Shown one piece after another: positions 12,380 to 25,906 of a stretch of DNA of 64,000 nt. Below the pieces are notes generated by a model that did no database searches, had not been told where the DNA came from, and was given only the letters and a program-made list of their open reading frames with translations. The DNA comes from Mytilus californianus (lineage: Eukaryota): contig NW_026262701.1 of NCBI RefSeq assembly GCF_021869535.1, positions 96,844,001-96,908,000 of the forward strand. The letters are read 5' to 3'. Position 1 is the first letter of the stretch; each line of letters begins with the position of its first letter. Made by a program: the position numbers and the translations under genes.

Positions 12380-13307
12380 TGTAATAGTGATTCATTGTGA
12401 CCTTTTTTGAGTAAAATATCATGACAGGACCACATTCTGGGGCTGAGCTGTACTATTAACTACTGTTGCCTTAATTTGGGTGCAATCCGAGTTATCTCTC
12501 TTTTGACAGATCTGACCTGAGTTTAAATTTGTGTTGCAAAGACTGTATCGGTAGTATTCGTACTTTCAAAAACTGATTAAAAACCTTTCCCAAAGGAAGA
12601 TAGTTTATAACTGACTAAAAATCAAGGTTATTTCGTAGGTTTTCATTAATATTTAATCCAATGTTGGAGATAACAGTACATTACTTCTTTGTTTGAACTA
12701 CCGTGATATTGATTTGACCACAGTTTCAACCACTGTATTATAGTGTCTTACTAGTTTTTGTAAGTAGATGAATCCAGTAATCGATCAAAGGTTTTGTAAT
12801 TAATTCATCATAACATATTTGACACAATATTACTACTAAATATTGACTGCTGGATAATATCACATGTACAATTTCAACATGCATAGGTAACTTGCTAACC
12901 TTTCCTTGGGATTCGATATTGCTCACGATTTTCAGAGTCCAGTTCTTATTGTTGGTCATTGTCAAGATAAATTCCAATAAAACATGTTATTTATGAAGGT
13001 TACTCACGTGGTGTGTGTACTGAATTTTAAAAGTACCAAGCGTTGACAATTCTAGTGTTGTCTGATGTTACGTTGTATCATCTGTTAATTTCTTATTTAC
13101 CTTTGGAAGGACTTTTTGATACTATTCTAAATGCTTCACAGTCATTTAAGTATTTTATATAAAATACTGTTTGATAAAAGATGAACTTAAATACACTGTC
13201 TTCAGTTTATCCGTTCATAATGTTATGTTGCACCTGTTCCTGAAGGTCTTGTCGTGATACTTATTCTCACAAGTACATACGACAAGTGAAACGGGTAAAG
13301 AAGATTA

Positions 13308-13517
13308 CCGTAAATTCAGAAATCATTGCGTGCATTTATTATTGCAATTTTTGAATAATGGACAAAAATGAGAGATTATTTTTTGCGAGTTCAGGGAAAT
13401 CTGCATACAGATATATATATATCAGCTATCAGAATGTGAGTTCTTATCATTGCGATAATCGTCCAAGTTGCATTATTCGCATTAATAAAAACCTCGCAAT
13501 AATTTCTGAATTTACAG
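13308..13517. mobile_element. ~210-bp MITE, TIR C(T/C)GTAAATTCAGAAAT, TA-flanked (copy 1 of 3)
   Basis: Terminal inverted repeats with TA on both sides. Homologous to 21562-21766 and 49148-49355. Confidence 0.8.
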
Positions 13518-15204
13518 TATTACCTTGTTGACAAACCTGTCTCATGCAGCTCGGAGTTCATATGATTCCTATCAGTGATTTTCAAATATTTTGGTCTCGA
13601 GAATCACTGATCAGACATTGCAATTTGCATCTGGGGCTGTAAAGTTGATGCCTTTAATGTTATTAATCATAAAAAGGGTAAGTAGTGCTTTATATCAACG
13701 GAGTGTAGTATCATATGTAAATGGTGGATTAAACCTGGTTCTATAGCTAGATAAACCTCTCACTTGTGATGCCAGTCGCATAGAATTCCACTATATTGAC
13801 AACAATGCGTGAGCAAAACAAATAGACATATGATAGGCAAAAATTTCAATACCATTGGATCTGATTATTTGATAATACCACACCGACTAGTTGCCTTATA
13901 ACAATATAAGTCTGTATGCCCGCCCTAGCTGCATAAGTTTTATGTCGTATGAAAAGTTAAGATTATCTCATCTGATTTCCTTGAACGTTCCCGCCAATAT
14001 ATTTGTATAACGGAGGAAAATAACTGTCTTAATATTCCTGATTTGGCACAGGCATTTTCTAAAGAAAATGGTGAGTTAGACCTGGTTTCTAGCTAGCTAA
14101 AACGCCCACTTGTATGACAGTTGTTTAATGTTCCGTAATATTGACAAATTGGGTGAGCAACCCAAACAGACGTAATTGGTTAACGTGGCCATAACTCAAC
14201 TGAATTAAACGTTCAAACACACATATAATTAAATCAAACAAAGACAAAAAAAAAGAGTTTTTGTAATTGATAATACAGTCTGTATAGTCATATATAGTAA
14301 AGCATAATGACATCTACACTTTCCGGATAAAATACAAAAAAACAAAATAAGATCCTGCAAACCTACTCCAAACAGCTTTTTGATGCAAACTTGCGGTAAG
14401 TTTGCAGAAACCATTATGTGTGCAACAAGATCGCAGGAAAAAATTACGGGATGTTCGCACCTAGATTGCAGAAATCTTTGATCATTCTATATGTTTACAA
14501 GAGCATTGCAAGAATTACATAAAATGACTGAGCATGCCTATTTGTAACTTGGTGGATTTTAAGATTTATTATTTGGTTCTTGATAATGTTGATGGTGTTT
14601 GAGTCATGTTATATATTTGTGTTCATGGAGGCATTTTAGGTTGGATATTAAATGTTTAGTTTTCATTATTTGTAAGTACAAATTTTCCATAGAGCTGTAA
14701 ACTTATGAAAGTATTAATTTGTCACATCTACAAATATCTTAAAATTTGAAAAACATTTACAAACATGTTCAAAACATGCAGTAATCATTCTCTAATCTGT
14801 TTGGAGATTGTAACTTTATTAAATATTACGTTTCAATTTTCAATAAGTCATGTTGAATTGTAATGAAATTAACTAAAAAAATGCTAGCTATATGCACAAA
14901 ATACATTTCAAATAAACTCTTTTTTTGTATTTGTAAATATTCAACAACATTTGCATGGGCACTTCGACAAATAAATAACATTTTTTTCTTTAACGGTATT
15001 TACTAATGCTAAGATAACTTTGCAAACGATAAAGTATTTGAATATGAAACCAAACTTTTTTCAGAATTTGCTGTGTAATTTAAATAATATGATGTGTAGA
15101 CAACATGTTATTGAAAAATAATAATTTGTTTGTTTTCTGCAAAGTTGGGTGTGGTGGTCTAAGATGTAGATGATATTCGCCTAATCCTTCCAACAGACTT
15201 AATT

Positions 15205-15435
15205 AAGAATTAGATGCGACTGTCATACAAGTGAGTGTTTAGCTAGCTATAAAACCAGGTTCAATCCACCATTTTCTACATAAGGAAATGCCTGTACCAA
15301 GTCAGGAATATTACAGTTGATTTCCATTCGTTTGATGTGTTTGAGCTTTTGGTTTTGCCATTTGATAAAGGATCGACTTTCCGTTTTGAATTTTTCTTGG
15401 AGTTCGGTATTTTTGTTATTTTACTTTTTTATCGA
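15205..15435 (+). repeat. Dispersed repeat family (tagatgcgactgtcatacaagtgag...)
   Basis: Reverse-orientation partial copies at ~13725-13810, ~14025-14150 and ~52095-52260 share ctagc.ataaaaccaggtt.aa and ctctcacttgt. Confidence 0.65.
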
Positions 15436-15736
15436 ACAGTCGTCTTATCATTCGATAATTAATTTGCCCTCGGGTAAAAATATTAAATGGTGCGGAAGCA
15501 ACGAAAATCTTAAACAAGGAAACTTGTTTTGATTGATGTTTATTTGGTAAAAATCTATCAAGAAATAAGAAAGTTACACCATGTTAAAGGGGAAAACTCG
15601 GGAAATCATGTGAAACTGGCTTGACAGGTATGTTGAGTAAAATTGTTATAACACTAGCATCGGTGGCACTCGGGAAACAAGACTTATATGATTAACAAGA
15701 GGTGAAATTGCATCAGCAGACGATAGGCGCTGTTAA

Positions 15737-17170
15737 GGATGTTCGCTACTCTCCTTCAAAATAACAAGATTTTTAAAAGATTGTTATAAATTGATAGTAT
15801 ATAAATAGAGGAACTATAAAAGCAGAAAAAAAATAAGGGTCCGTGTGCTTCTTTTCGAGATATAAGCCACTGAAAATTTGGCGGGAAATGATTCTCTCTA
15901 GACTTTTCATACATTTAACATTGGCATCTTTTTAGCTCACCGGGTCCCGAAGGGCCCCATGTGAGCTTATGCCATCACTTGGCGTCCGTCGTCGTCCGTC
16001 GTCTGTCGTCGTAAACTATCTCAAAAATCTGAAACTACTGGGCCAAATACCTTCAAACTTTAACTAAATGTTCCTTAGGGTATCTAGTTTATAAATTGTA
16101 TCCGAAGTTTTGATCCATCGACAAACATGGCCGCCATGGCTAAAAATAGAACATAGGGGTCAAATGCAGTTTTTGGCTTATATCTCAAAAACTAAAGCTT
16201 TTAGAGCAATTCTGACATGGGGTAGAATTGTTTAGACAAATCGAACAACCCATTGTTGGGTTGCTGCCACCGAATTGGTAGTTTTAACAAAATTTTGCAG
16301 TTTTTTGTTATTATTTTGAATATTATTATAGATATATATAAATTGTAAGCAGCAATAATGTTCAGCAAAGTAAGATCTACAAAAAAGTTAACATGACCAT
16401 AATTGGCAATTGACCCCTTAAGGAGTTATTGCCCTTTAAAGACAATTTTACACAATTTGTTCATCAAGTTTGCTTACATTTAAAAATCTTCTCCTCTGAA
16501 ACTACTGGGCCAATTACCTTCTAACTTTAACTAAATGTTCCGTAGTGTATCTTGTTTATAAATTGTATCCGAAGTTTGTATCCATCGACAAACATGGCCG
16601 CCATAGCTAAAAATAGAACATAAGGGTCAAATGCAGTTTTTGGCTTATATCTCGAAAACTAAATCTTTAAGAGCAAATATGACAGGGGTAAAAATGTTTA
16701 ATTTGTCAAGATCTTTCGGCCCTGAAATGTTCAGACGAATCGAACAACCCATTGTTGGGTTGCTGCCACCGAATTGGTAGTTTTAACAAAATTTTGCAGT
16801 TTTTTGTTATTATTTTGAATATTATTATAGATATATATAAATTGTAGGGAGCAATAATGTTCAGCAAAGTAAGATCTACAAAAAAGTTAACATGACCATA
16901 ATTGGCAATTGACCCCTTAAGGAGTCATTGCCCTTTAAAGACAATTTTACACAATTTGTTCATCAAGTTTGCTAACATTTAAAAATCTTCTCCTCTGAAA
17001 TACAGGTGAGCGATTCAGGCTCCTGAGAGCCTCTTGTTTCTTTCACAAACTATGAAAAAATAACAAGGATTTTATAGTTAGCGCGCAAAATTTTTGATGA
17101 CACTACATGGATAAAACCAGAGAATTCTGAATATCTGGCAAAAATTTAAAAACAAGAGGAGCGAACTTCC
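15737..17170. mobile_element. TTAA-flanked MITE (Kolobok-like, GG termini) interrupted by a HINE
   Basis: TTAA at 15733-15736 and 17171-17174. TIRs GGATGTTCGCTACTCT / AGAGGAGCGAACTTCC match at 14 of 16 positions. About 320 bp once the nested insert is removed. Confidence 0.7.
15928..17039 (+). mobile_element. HINE/DINE-like element with two ~470-500-bp internal tandem copies
   Basis: 5' TTTTTAGCTCACCGG with hairpin, (GTC)n microsatellite, and repeated GAAACTACTGGGCCAA at ~16031 and ~16498. 3' subTIR CAGGTGAGC followed by hairpin AGGCTC-CTGA-GAGCCT. Inserted in a T-run. Confidence 0.85.
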
Positions 17171-18509
17171 TTAAGGGGTCGAACCGAGCCAAATTTTCTA
17201 TGGCGATTTGAAGAACAAAGTTCTTATCGCGTATCATTATGTCATATGTGAGAAATAACCTTGCAAAGGAAGAAATTGATATTTTTTCCAGTAAGGAATT
17301 AACTATTGGTATGAGCAGCATAACTTAATTACTGCCTTTAAAAGATTTTTTATGTAAATGAAGAAAAAGGTAATATATACATATACAGTAGAACCTAAGC
17401 TATTTTGATACACCCTTCCTGCTTTTCTATTGAATATATTTAGAAATGCAAACCATATTTACCATAATGTATTGCAATATAACTTTCAGCACTGGTTCGA
17501 TACCGAGTCTCAAATTGATTTGCGAAAAAGGGGGAAAACGGAAACTAGAAAATTAAAATGTTTTAAATGTGAAGTACTTTTATAAATAAAACCTAGGTGC
17601 CATTGTGTTGGTGTGTTGTGGTCATTTTTTTGTATTATTGTCATTCATTTCTGCTTATGTGCTTTGTCTATATGCCATTTTGTTTTTCTTTGTTGGCATA
17701 TTTGTTTGTTTTTATAGTCATTAAGATTATAACACAATGTTGACTGCTGTACCCCTATTTTTGACGGGTTTCAATATTTACAAGAAATAGCTGCTTAATT
17801 CTTTTTTCTCTCTATTCGTCACAAAAAAAAATAAAACTTTCAAGAAGTATTATGAATGTCGTTCGTCTGGAACAAATAAAGCTGTTCCCCGAAAAGGATG
17901 GAAGAAAATATCACTCAGAATTGACTTTACAGTCAAAGAAATATTTAATACATGCCACCAACCCATCGGGTTACAAATGTGCATTTATGAATAAATAAGA
18001 AACCATTTGTGAATTGATGATCATTATCTACATGTATTTAAACCTATAACAGGCTATTGGTTTCGATAGGTAACATATGTCGAAATCTGCTGTTCACGAT
18101 TCCCAAATCAACTGTATCAAAATCCGGGAAATCGGAACGACAGACAAACACTTGCTGCACACGATAGCAAAACAATTGTTGTAAACGACAATCTGTAACA
18201 TTAATTATAACTTAAGTTGTAGGGCCTATATTTATGCCATTTTCTGGAGTAAATATAACTTCACAGTCTTTGAATTTAAGAGGCAAAGCGTAAAATCAAA
18301 AAAATTAATCTGTTCGTGAATACATGTACGTACGTTTCTTAAGTATAGTGCCTGTTACATGATATACATGCAGGGGCGTAGCTGCCGTTAGGGACTTTAG
18401 GCACGTGCCTTCACATAATTTTTCCACAAACATTTTTTTTTATTAAAAAAAGAATTACAATGTTATCTGTAGATGCACCATAGATATCTTTCCACTTGGT
18501 CTTCTTCCG

Positions 18510-18790
18510 ATCTACAATAAAACCGTTGCCAAAGTGGGGCGTCCGTTTGGCTGTGCGGGATGTATAAATACGCAGTCATGTCTGGTCAGAATGAGCATGT
18601 TAAATCCTATGCCTAGTGTAGAGAGAATGCTACGCTCTCTGTGTGTTAAAAACACTTGCAACAACTCTTTGAGTGGTCCGAAAGGCAAAAATTCTGTCCC
18701 TATCCAAAAAACCCTCATTTTCTAATGGCATTTCCAAATTTCCAGACCTTTAAAGTCATCCTGGACGACCCCTATTACAGGACCTTATGT
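18510..18790 (+). mobile_element. Probable SINE central/3' fragment
   Basis: A GC-richer island resembling conserved-domain SINE bodies of molluscs. Recognised from memory only; needs a Dfam/Repbase check. Confidence 0.3.
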
Positions 18791-20114
18791 TTAAATGAGC
18801 AAGAGTATGGCATGATAGAGAATTATTTCGATTCTAATAGGAAAATTCAGAACTTTTATCCTCTGAAGGGGACCTATAAAAACCACAGCCAAAATGATAT
18901 AGAAAATCAACCTTTTCACCATAAAAAAAATGAACAGATACATGTAAACTTACTTTTAGAATGATTTTAATTAATTTCCCAGTGGGAACCACCAACACTT
19001 GTCAATGTCCATTTTGATCTCCGGCGTTATTTGAAATACAGCTGACGTTGCAATTTCAATTGTGACGTCAGTCACGTGTAGCCCATGTTTTATTAGAATT
19101 AGAACATGGCTTCGTTTCCAAAGCGAAAAAAGAACATCATATTAGAATGACCAGTAAATTTTATGTTTTTTGTACTCAAAATTTTGCAACTTAAAATGCT
19201 GAAAACCGTTTTCCGTCCTGAACCCCCTACAAGACTCTGCCTAGACCTGCTGCCCCAGACCACCTGCCGCAATTTGTGTCTACAGTTTATTGGAAACCTA
19301 GCTACTCCCCTGACATGTAGTACTGACAATTGGAAATCAGCTTAATTCAGTTTTTTTTTTCTTGTAATGCATGACTCAGTTCACGATTTATTCCATTGTA
19401 AACGGTGTGAATCTCAATAAACAAGTTCATCCCCGCCTTCATATATTCTAGTAAACAAGAAAACCTACGAAATCGGACAGTTCTACACGATGTCACTTTA
19501 AAGTTTTGGGCGTCAGTAAATGAAGGAAAAAATCATCAATTTCTTCTTAGGTAAATGCAGTTTCCTGATTCGTACCAGACAAAGAAGGCATAGTAAAAAT
19601 GTTTTGTCGAAAAATAATGAGAATAACCTGGGACTATTATATAATGCAGAGACACATATAAATATGTGTGTATTTATGTCTCTGTCTTATGTCAGTGCGA
19701 TAGTGCTAACTTACAGAAATAAACAAAAAAACAAATAAAATAGATAAGATCGTAAAATTATAACGAAATCCACCCAAATAATCAGAAAACACGCTTCCTA
19801 TTTGTTATCTATTCACGATCGGATACCAGATCTTTCACGATCCGAGCGCAATGCTTAGTGTCAGACTATCGTTAGTAATCTTTCACGATCATTTTTCTCG
19901 ATGTACCGAATATATGTCTCTGGACTGATCAAGGATTTTTATAGTCTTAAATTACTGTTGATAAAAATTAGGCATATATGCATTTATTTTCAAAAATGAA
20001 TAAAATTTAGTTATATATATATACGTTCGTTAAAATAAAAAGAGAAAGTATTTTCAGTAATCCCAATTTGAGCCCCACAGATACCTAATTCCATTGCATT
20101 CTGGGTAATACTTG

Positions 20115-20121
20115 TGAGTCA
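20115..20121 (+). promoter_or_regulatory. AP-1 consensus TGAGTCA ~93 bp upstream of the IgSF-ITIM start codon
   Basis: Exact consensus at the edge of a CpG-retaining region. Could be chance. Confidence 0.2.
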
Positions 20122-20213
20122 ACTATGGCGGATGTCATTTCAAATACTTTGGTTGTGACAGTGTAAAATTAAAAGGGTATTCTGCTTTATCAACAACGCA
20201 AAGAATTTGAAAC

Positions 20214-20271
20214 ATGGAATATTCAAAAAGCTTGATATTTTCTTTAGTGGTTTGTGTTTTTATCATAAATG
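20214..20271 (+). CDS. IgSF-ITIM receptor exon 1: signal peptide MEYSKSLIFSLVVCVFIIN(G)
   Basis: ATG in context aacATGG, hydrophobic core, canonical donor G|GTAAGT at 20271/20272 in phase 1 matching the next exon. Not in the ORF track. Confidence 0.75.
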
Positions 20272-21561
20272 GTAAGTGCAAAATGAACGCAGAGTGAATA
20301 GAAGTTCACTTTCAGGAAATCAAAACAAACGTGTGACGCTCCCGAAAAAGGGGATCGTCATGAGAATATCACTGAAAAGGTCTTTGCCTTTATAGATATT
20401 GATATAAATAGCCGACTTAAGTTTTACACGCACACATATTACAGCTTAGATAATTTTCCCTGATATAGTATTGTAACATGTCGGGTAGCTTTTCTCGACA
20501 TCACCCATTTGCTTTAAAGCTTTGTTCAATATCTAAAATCGGAGGGTATCATAAAGTGTTGCTTTGTTTTATTTAAAAATTAAGGAAAAATATCTTGATA
20601 CATTTAAAATTTGCTAGTGCATGTCAAAATGCATGTAGAGAGAAAGTATTTCTTTTCAATTAAAATGTCATCATGTCATACTGACAAATCTGACATCAGG
20701 AAATGCTGTTTTACAGCATTTGCTGTCAATCTTATCACAACCTAAAGATTAAATTAAAATACAGTGGTTTACGCTATTTAGATTTCCGGGATAGTTTTTG
20801 TTTCAATTTGGAGATTGAAAAAGTCATATCCTGTGACATTTTTCTATGCACATGCCTAGAATTTTACGCAGCCTAATTAAGCAAATGTTATAATTTTCTA
20901 AGATCTCCTCTTATAAAATATGACAATACTGACATTACTGTTCTAGTTTGACTTCCTCACTCTGATGAAAACCTACTGTAAAGTTACATCGTCAACATGT
21001 TCATGTTTTCATGCAGAAGTTGATGTACCGATCCCAACACTGCATATATAGATATCTGACTTTATCATGTGATGTTTGTATGTAAAATAACATGTAATAT
21101 CATACACAGTAAAACAAGTTTTTAGTCTAAAAGGTTACTTGTCAAAGGCTTAAACAATACCCATTGTTCATAGTTGTTAAAGATGTCCCCCAACATGCTC
21201 AAGTCAGGTAATTTCAGTCATTTTGTTGACATAACATTAAATGAAGGGACTTCAAGCTCAAAGGATGGACATTACCAGTAAGAATTATATTACTATAAAA
21301 AGGGAGTTGTCGTACATGTACAACATCTCTTTTTGGTATTGCATTTGATTGCGATAAATTATAAAAAATTTCTTACCAAGCCCCTTGTTCTACATTTTGT
21401 TCTACTGGACAAGTCTTCCTTCCAAAATACATGAATGAATATGTAAAAGTGTATGTACAAAAACTTGAAAACTGGCACCAGTATGCATATCTGCTTATCT
21501 CAACTTGGCTTAATTTGAATTATTTTGTAAAAAATAGGGTACATGTACATATTTATATATA

Positions 21562-21766
21562 CTGTAAATTCTGAAATTATTGCGTGCATTTATTATTGCG
21601 ATTTTGTCATTTTAGACCAAAATGCAATTTGAATTTTTGCAATATTGAGAAAAATCCTGCTTCATTCATTTAAAAATTCCAAAATGCGAGTTTAAATTAT
21701 TACGATTACAACACTGTCACATTTTTTGCAATAATAAAAACATCGCAATAATTTCCAAATTTACAG
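21562..21766. mobile_element. ~205-bp MITE (copy 2 of 3)
   Basis: TA|CTGTAAATTCTGAAATTATTGCG ... CGCAATAATTTCCAAATTTACAG|TA. Confidence 0.8.
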
Positions 21767-21891
21767 TATTCTGAAACCATGGAAATGTGATCATGAACCA
21801 CCATCCATAATATACTTTTTTTTGTACCTACATGTACCTGCTGTTTTCAGTGAAGCGATTTTCAACTGTCTCTTATTGAAGGCCCAAGATA

Positions 21892-22122
21892 CTGTAGATT
21901 CATATATTTTCATGGGTCCCAAATTTGGTGATTGGGGAAAACTTTCATACATGTATGTTTAAATTTTTGATTTCATGGTTTTGCTTAAGTCAGCAAATAT
22001 TCCTATATATAAAATTTGTAATTCGTTGAACATTTAAATTTGTGATTTCCTTACTTGTACCAACAAAAACCATGAAAAGTGATATCCAATGAATAATAAT
22101 TATATGTATAATGAATCCACAG
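21892..22122. mobile_element. MITE with CTGT(A/G)GATTCAT / ATGAATCCACAG TIRs
   Basis: TA-flanked inverted termini. A related copy lies at 36080-36286. Confidence 0.6.
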
Positions 22123-23360
22123 TAATATGTGTTCCTACGTATACCAGGCTAACATGGGAAAATTACATTCCTATCAAAAAGCTTTTTCTTTGCACTTTCA
22201 ATTTAAAAATTTTGCTCCATACCTTACCAGTAATTTGAAGTAAAAGTAGAAATTTATATTGAAAATTTATAAAAATGCATGTACATGTAACGTGTGTAAT
22301 TCTAAAATCAAATCATGAAACTTTGTGGATGATTTAATTTCATGTTTTTTTTAAAATGTAATTTGGGAAAACAGTATCATATATACCTTAGGCTTAACCA
22401 ATTCCTAAATGTCAATATATATATAAAACTACTAGTAGTGTAAAAAAGTAATAACATCTACAGTAGTAAACATTCTTTTAAAAAAACTTGTTATACAATG
22501 GTTTTACATGTTATGTAACCAAATTTACATCTAGATGCCATTAAATATAATTTGATATCCTGCATTTATCAAGTTTTTCCTAAATATAAGGTCATTGTTG
22601 TAAGAAACATCCTCCTAAACAATAGAAATCTATCCTTTTGCATTAACCATAATATCATGAATATTTAGATGTAAATTTGACAAATGTTTGATACATCCAA
22701 GTGGGTTAACATCCTCATGGATGTTACACTCCTTTAATGTTAATTTTAAAGGAAGATATTCGTATCTTGCAGGTATGCGGAAATTAGATACATTGTATGC
22801 CTGAATTAAAGTTGAAGTTGATCGGAAGTAAAAAGAAAGAAAGAAAATATAGAACATTTCAATAATAAATTATTTAATTTACATATTCAAAAATGTAATG
22901 GAACCTCTTTTCATAAACATATATCCTGTTAAAGTTGAGATGCTTGCTAGGTTCTAAACCTTCACAGACTGTAACTTGCAGCAGGTTGTCACTGAGCATT
23001 TTGAGAACATTTGACCAGATTGGTTGTACATGTATTAGTCCGTTTGGGATGTGAATTTTAAATACAAATTTACTGTAAAATATAAATTATAATTTGGATC
23101 TTTGCTGAAATATTAACGTATGACTAATAATAGACTGACTGTAAGTTCATTATGATTTTTATAAACTATAGTACTTAATCAAAAGAACAAAGATGTATTT
23201 AATTTTGTGGAAGAACCCTGATCTGTTTAGGATAAGATAGGCCAATAAAGTTGTAAAGAACTTTTTAACATTTGCTACTACAATGTATGACCACAGTTCT
23301 AAAACACTAAATCTGAAATGTTTTATTCTGATTATTCTTTTTTAAAAATTGTTTGAAACA

Positions 23361-23736
23361 TTTTTATGCTGAATTTTTCGTTTCCGTTTTCTAACTTTAG
23401 TTTGCCTCAACGAAATGTTATGAATCTTATACACAATGCTTATTACCACAAAACACAGATCAAGTTTGAATTTTGGTCACATCACTTTTACCGTTAAGTT
23501 ATTCCCCTTTACAAATGGAAAATTGCTGAATTTTTCGTTTCTGTTCTCTAACTTAAGTTTGCCTCAACCAAATGTTATGAAACCTATATATACACAATGC
23601 TTATTTGTTACCACAAAACTCAGATCAAGTAAGAATTTGGGTAGCGTAACTTTTACCGTTCTTGAGTTATGTCCCTTTATAACGTTATATGCATGCAGGG
23701 GCATCATCTGTGTCCCATGGACACATTCCCAATTTA
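23361..23736 (+). mobile_element. HINE-like element of the 161-bp family, internally deleted (~2 monomers)
   Basis: TTTTTATGC joins directly to TGAATTTTTCG. 3' end GGGGCATCATC-TGTGTCCCATGGACACA hairpin. Monomers match 30364-31300. Confidence 0.8.
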
Positions 23737-25689
23737 TTTCTATAGCTGTACAAATTAGCTTTGGACAAGTCGGGTATTGATTTTCAGAAAAGAAATTACA
23801 TGTACATTTGTAGTAAGAAATTACATGTACATTTGTAGTAAGTTTCTGTTTTATTTTGACAAAAGATTGACATGTACATGTACAATGTTTACAAAAAATG
23901 TAGGTTTATTTGTTTATGATATTAACGATAACAACTTCAACAATAAACCAAATTCATAAACTCCATGTATTTATTCTAATACTAAATGTATTTGATAAAG
24001 GTTTAAATTAGCATATTTAGGACACATTGAATTCTGACAATACTTTAATTAAAGCAAATTCATTGTTTTGACACTTGGGTAATAGATTATATCTACATTA
24101 ACCCTGGACATATGTGGAAACCTTCCAGGTTTGTATCAACACCTGTTGGTCTGAATTATCTAATTGGCTTGAGATTAAAACAGGTCTGTTTGGTAATAGA
24201 CAAGATCTTCCTGATTTTATCATCATATTGTTAGGTGTTATCTATTTAGAGTTGTCCACTTTTCAGAAAAACATACTTATCGATCAAGATTTTAGATATG
24301 AAGGAACATGCCCCAATACAATAAATACAGAGATGAATTATCCTTAATTAATGAACCTGAAATAGTTTAAATCTTGTTTATTCTATGCCTGAATACACAG
24401 GTACTTTTATGAAAGAAATTTTAAATAGATTTAGAATAGTAAATATATGCAAAAGTGTGGGAGTTGCATGTAGTAAGATGTTAAAACCTATGTACATGTA
24501 TACAGGTAGACAGGAAGTGTTACCTGTCATAACCTGAACATTGTCAGTTGTACATGATGACATGTAATTGACTTTTTATGGTTGATTTGATTATATAGGC
24601 CATGGGGTAATACAGGAAGGACTAGCTTGTATAACATTTATTGATCAAATATTTGATCTGTAGCTACCATGTCGCCCTCTGATCTTTTGTTATGTTTAAC
24701 AATAGGAAACAGAAAGTTTACAATGGAGGGTGTTCCTTGTCCTCAAATATCCTTATATCTGTAGACTTCTTATATTTACATTTGTATACAAATTCATTCT
24801 TGAATTCAATTACCAAGAAATAGTCATTTCAAGCTATAACATATTTTGCATAGAAATTTTACACATGTACAGTTTAGAAGTTTATTTGTAACGCATGTCT
24901 CAGTATACCGGTTAGGTGTTAGGCGGTTATAACCAGACTTTTAGACAGATGAGCTAAAACAAAACAACCGATTAGATTTTATGCAAATGAAGATTGTGAA
25001 AGGACAATAAGTTTTCTCTTTATGTTTGAACTTTATATTGCTGTGATTGAAAAACTCTGGGATTATTATTGTTTTTCCTTTTGGTCACTTGATTCATCAA
25101 ACAGAGAAAAATGTATATTGATAACTTTATATTAACAAAAAAATGTACTGTTCATTGTCATGTTAGGTAGTTCAATCCCACCCTTCATGTGTAAAATTAT
25201 TTTGAAAAAAATGAATGTTGTTTTAGCCTGTTAAATAAACCTCTTTTCCAAAACTTTATATTAAAGAATTGAGCTGTCATGCATTTACAAATGTATGTAA
25301 AAAATGGGAAATCCCTTTAAGAATGAAGTCATATTTGCACTCTTTATAAATAGAGTATTACTTCTTTGTGACACATTGAGTGAATTACAAAGCAAGGTAT
25401 GAGAAACTAGTATTGACATAAAATTGAGTATTTTAGTCATGACCTTTGGGAGTGGTCATGTGACACATCAGGGATATAAAAAGTCAATCATCACTCATTT
25501 AAAATACTGCACATCATTGACAATCATAAAAATCTCAATAATCACCAATAAAATACAATAAATCATTTCTGTAATTGAACATCAATTATAGGTCACCGGA
25601 AATCTCTATGAGAGATAAAACTCATGTACTTAAACATTAAATTTTATATGTTGTACAATTTTCTATACTCTTTTGGACTTCGAGTTAAG

Positions 25690-25906
25690 TGGGTCTCATT
25701 GGGGTGTAAGCGTGATGCGGGATTGAGCAATTTTTTGCAAGCTTGACATAGTCAAATTATTTTGTGTGAAAACGGGAAACGAAGTCGGGCGGAACATGTG
25801 AAATTACAAGCGCTATGATAAGCAGGATACAGGATTGGATTCTCACAAAAACAATAAGCGGGATCCGGGATCAGACCCCCCATCTCCCCGCCAATGAAAC
25901 CCCCTA
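25690..25906. mobile_element. Small MITE with GGGTCTCATTGG / CCAATGAAACCC termini
   Basis: Imperfect TIRs flanked by TTAA. Locally CpG-rich relative to the surrounding intron. Confidence 0.5.

Noticed and set aside
12738-13100. 79-aa minus-strand ORF and a nearby GTGAGT donor-like site
   Set aside because: No recognisable domain. The segment upstream of the donor has stops in all three frames, and no compatible exon chain was found.
19063-19078. Adjacent CRE (TGACGTCA) and E-box (CACGTG) motifs ~1.1 kb upstream of the receptor ATG
   Set aside because: They lie in a repeat-rich segment and could be chance or element-derived; there is no evidence of function from sequence alone.
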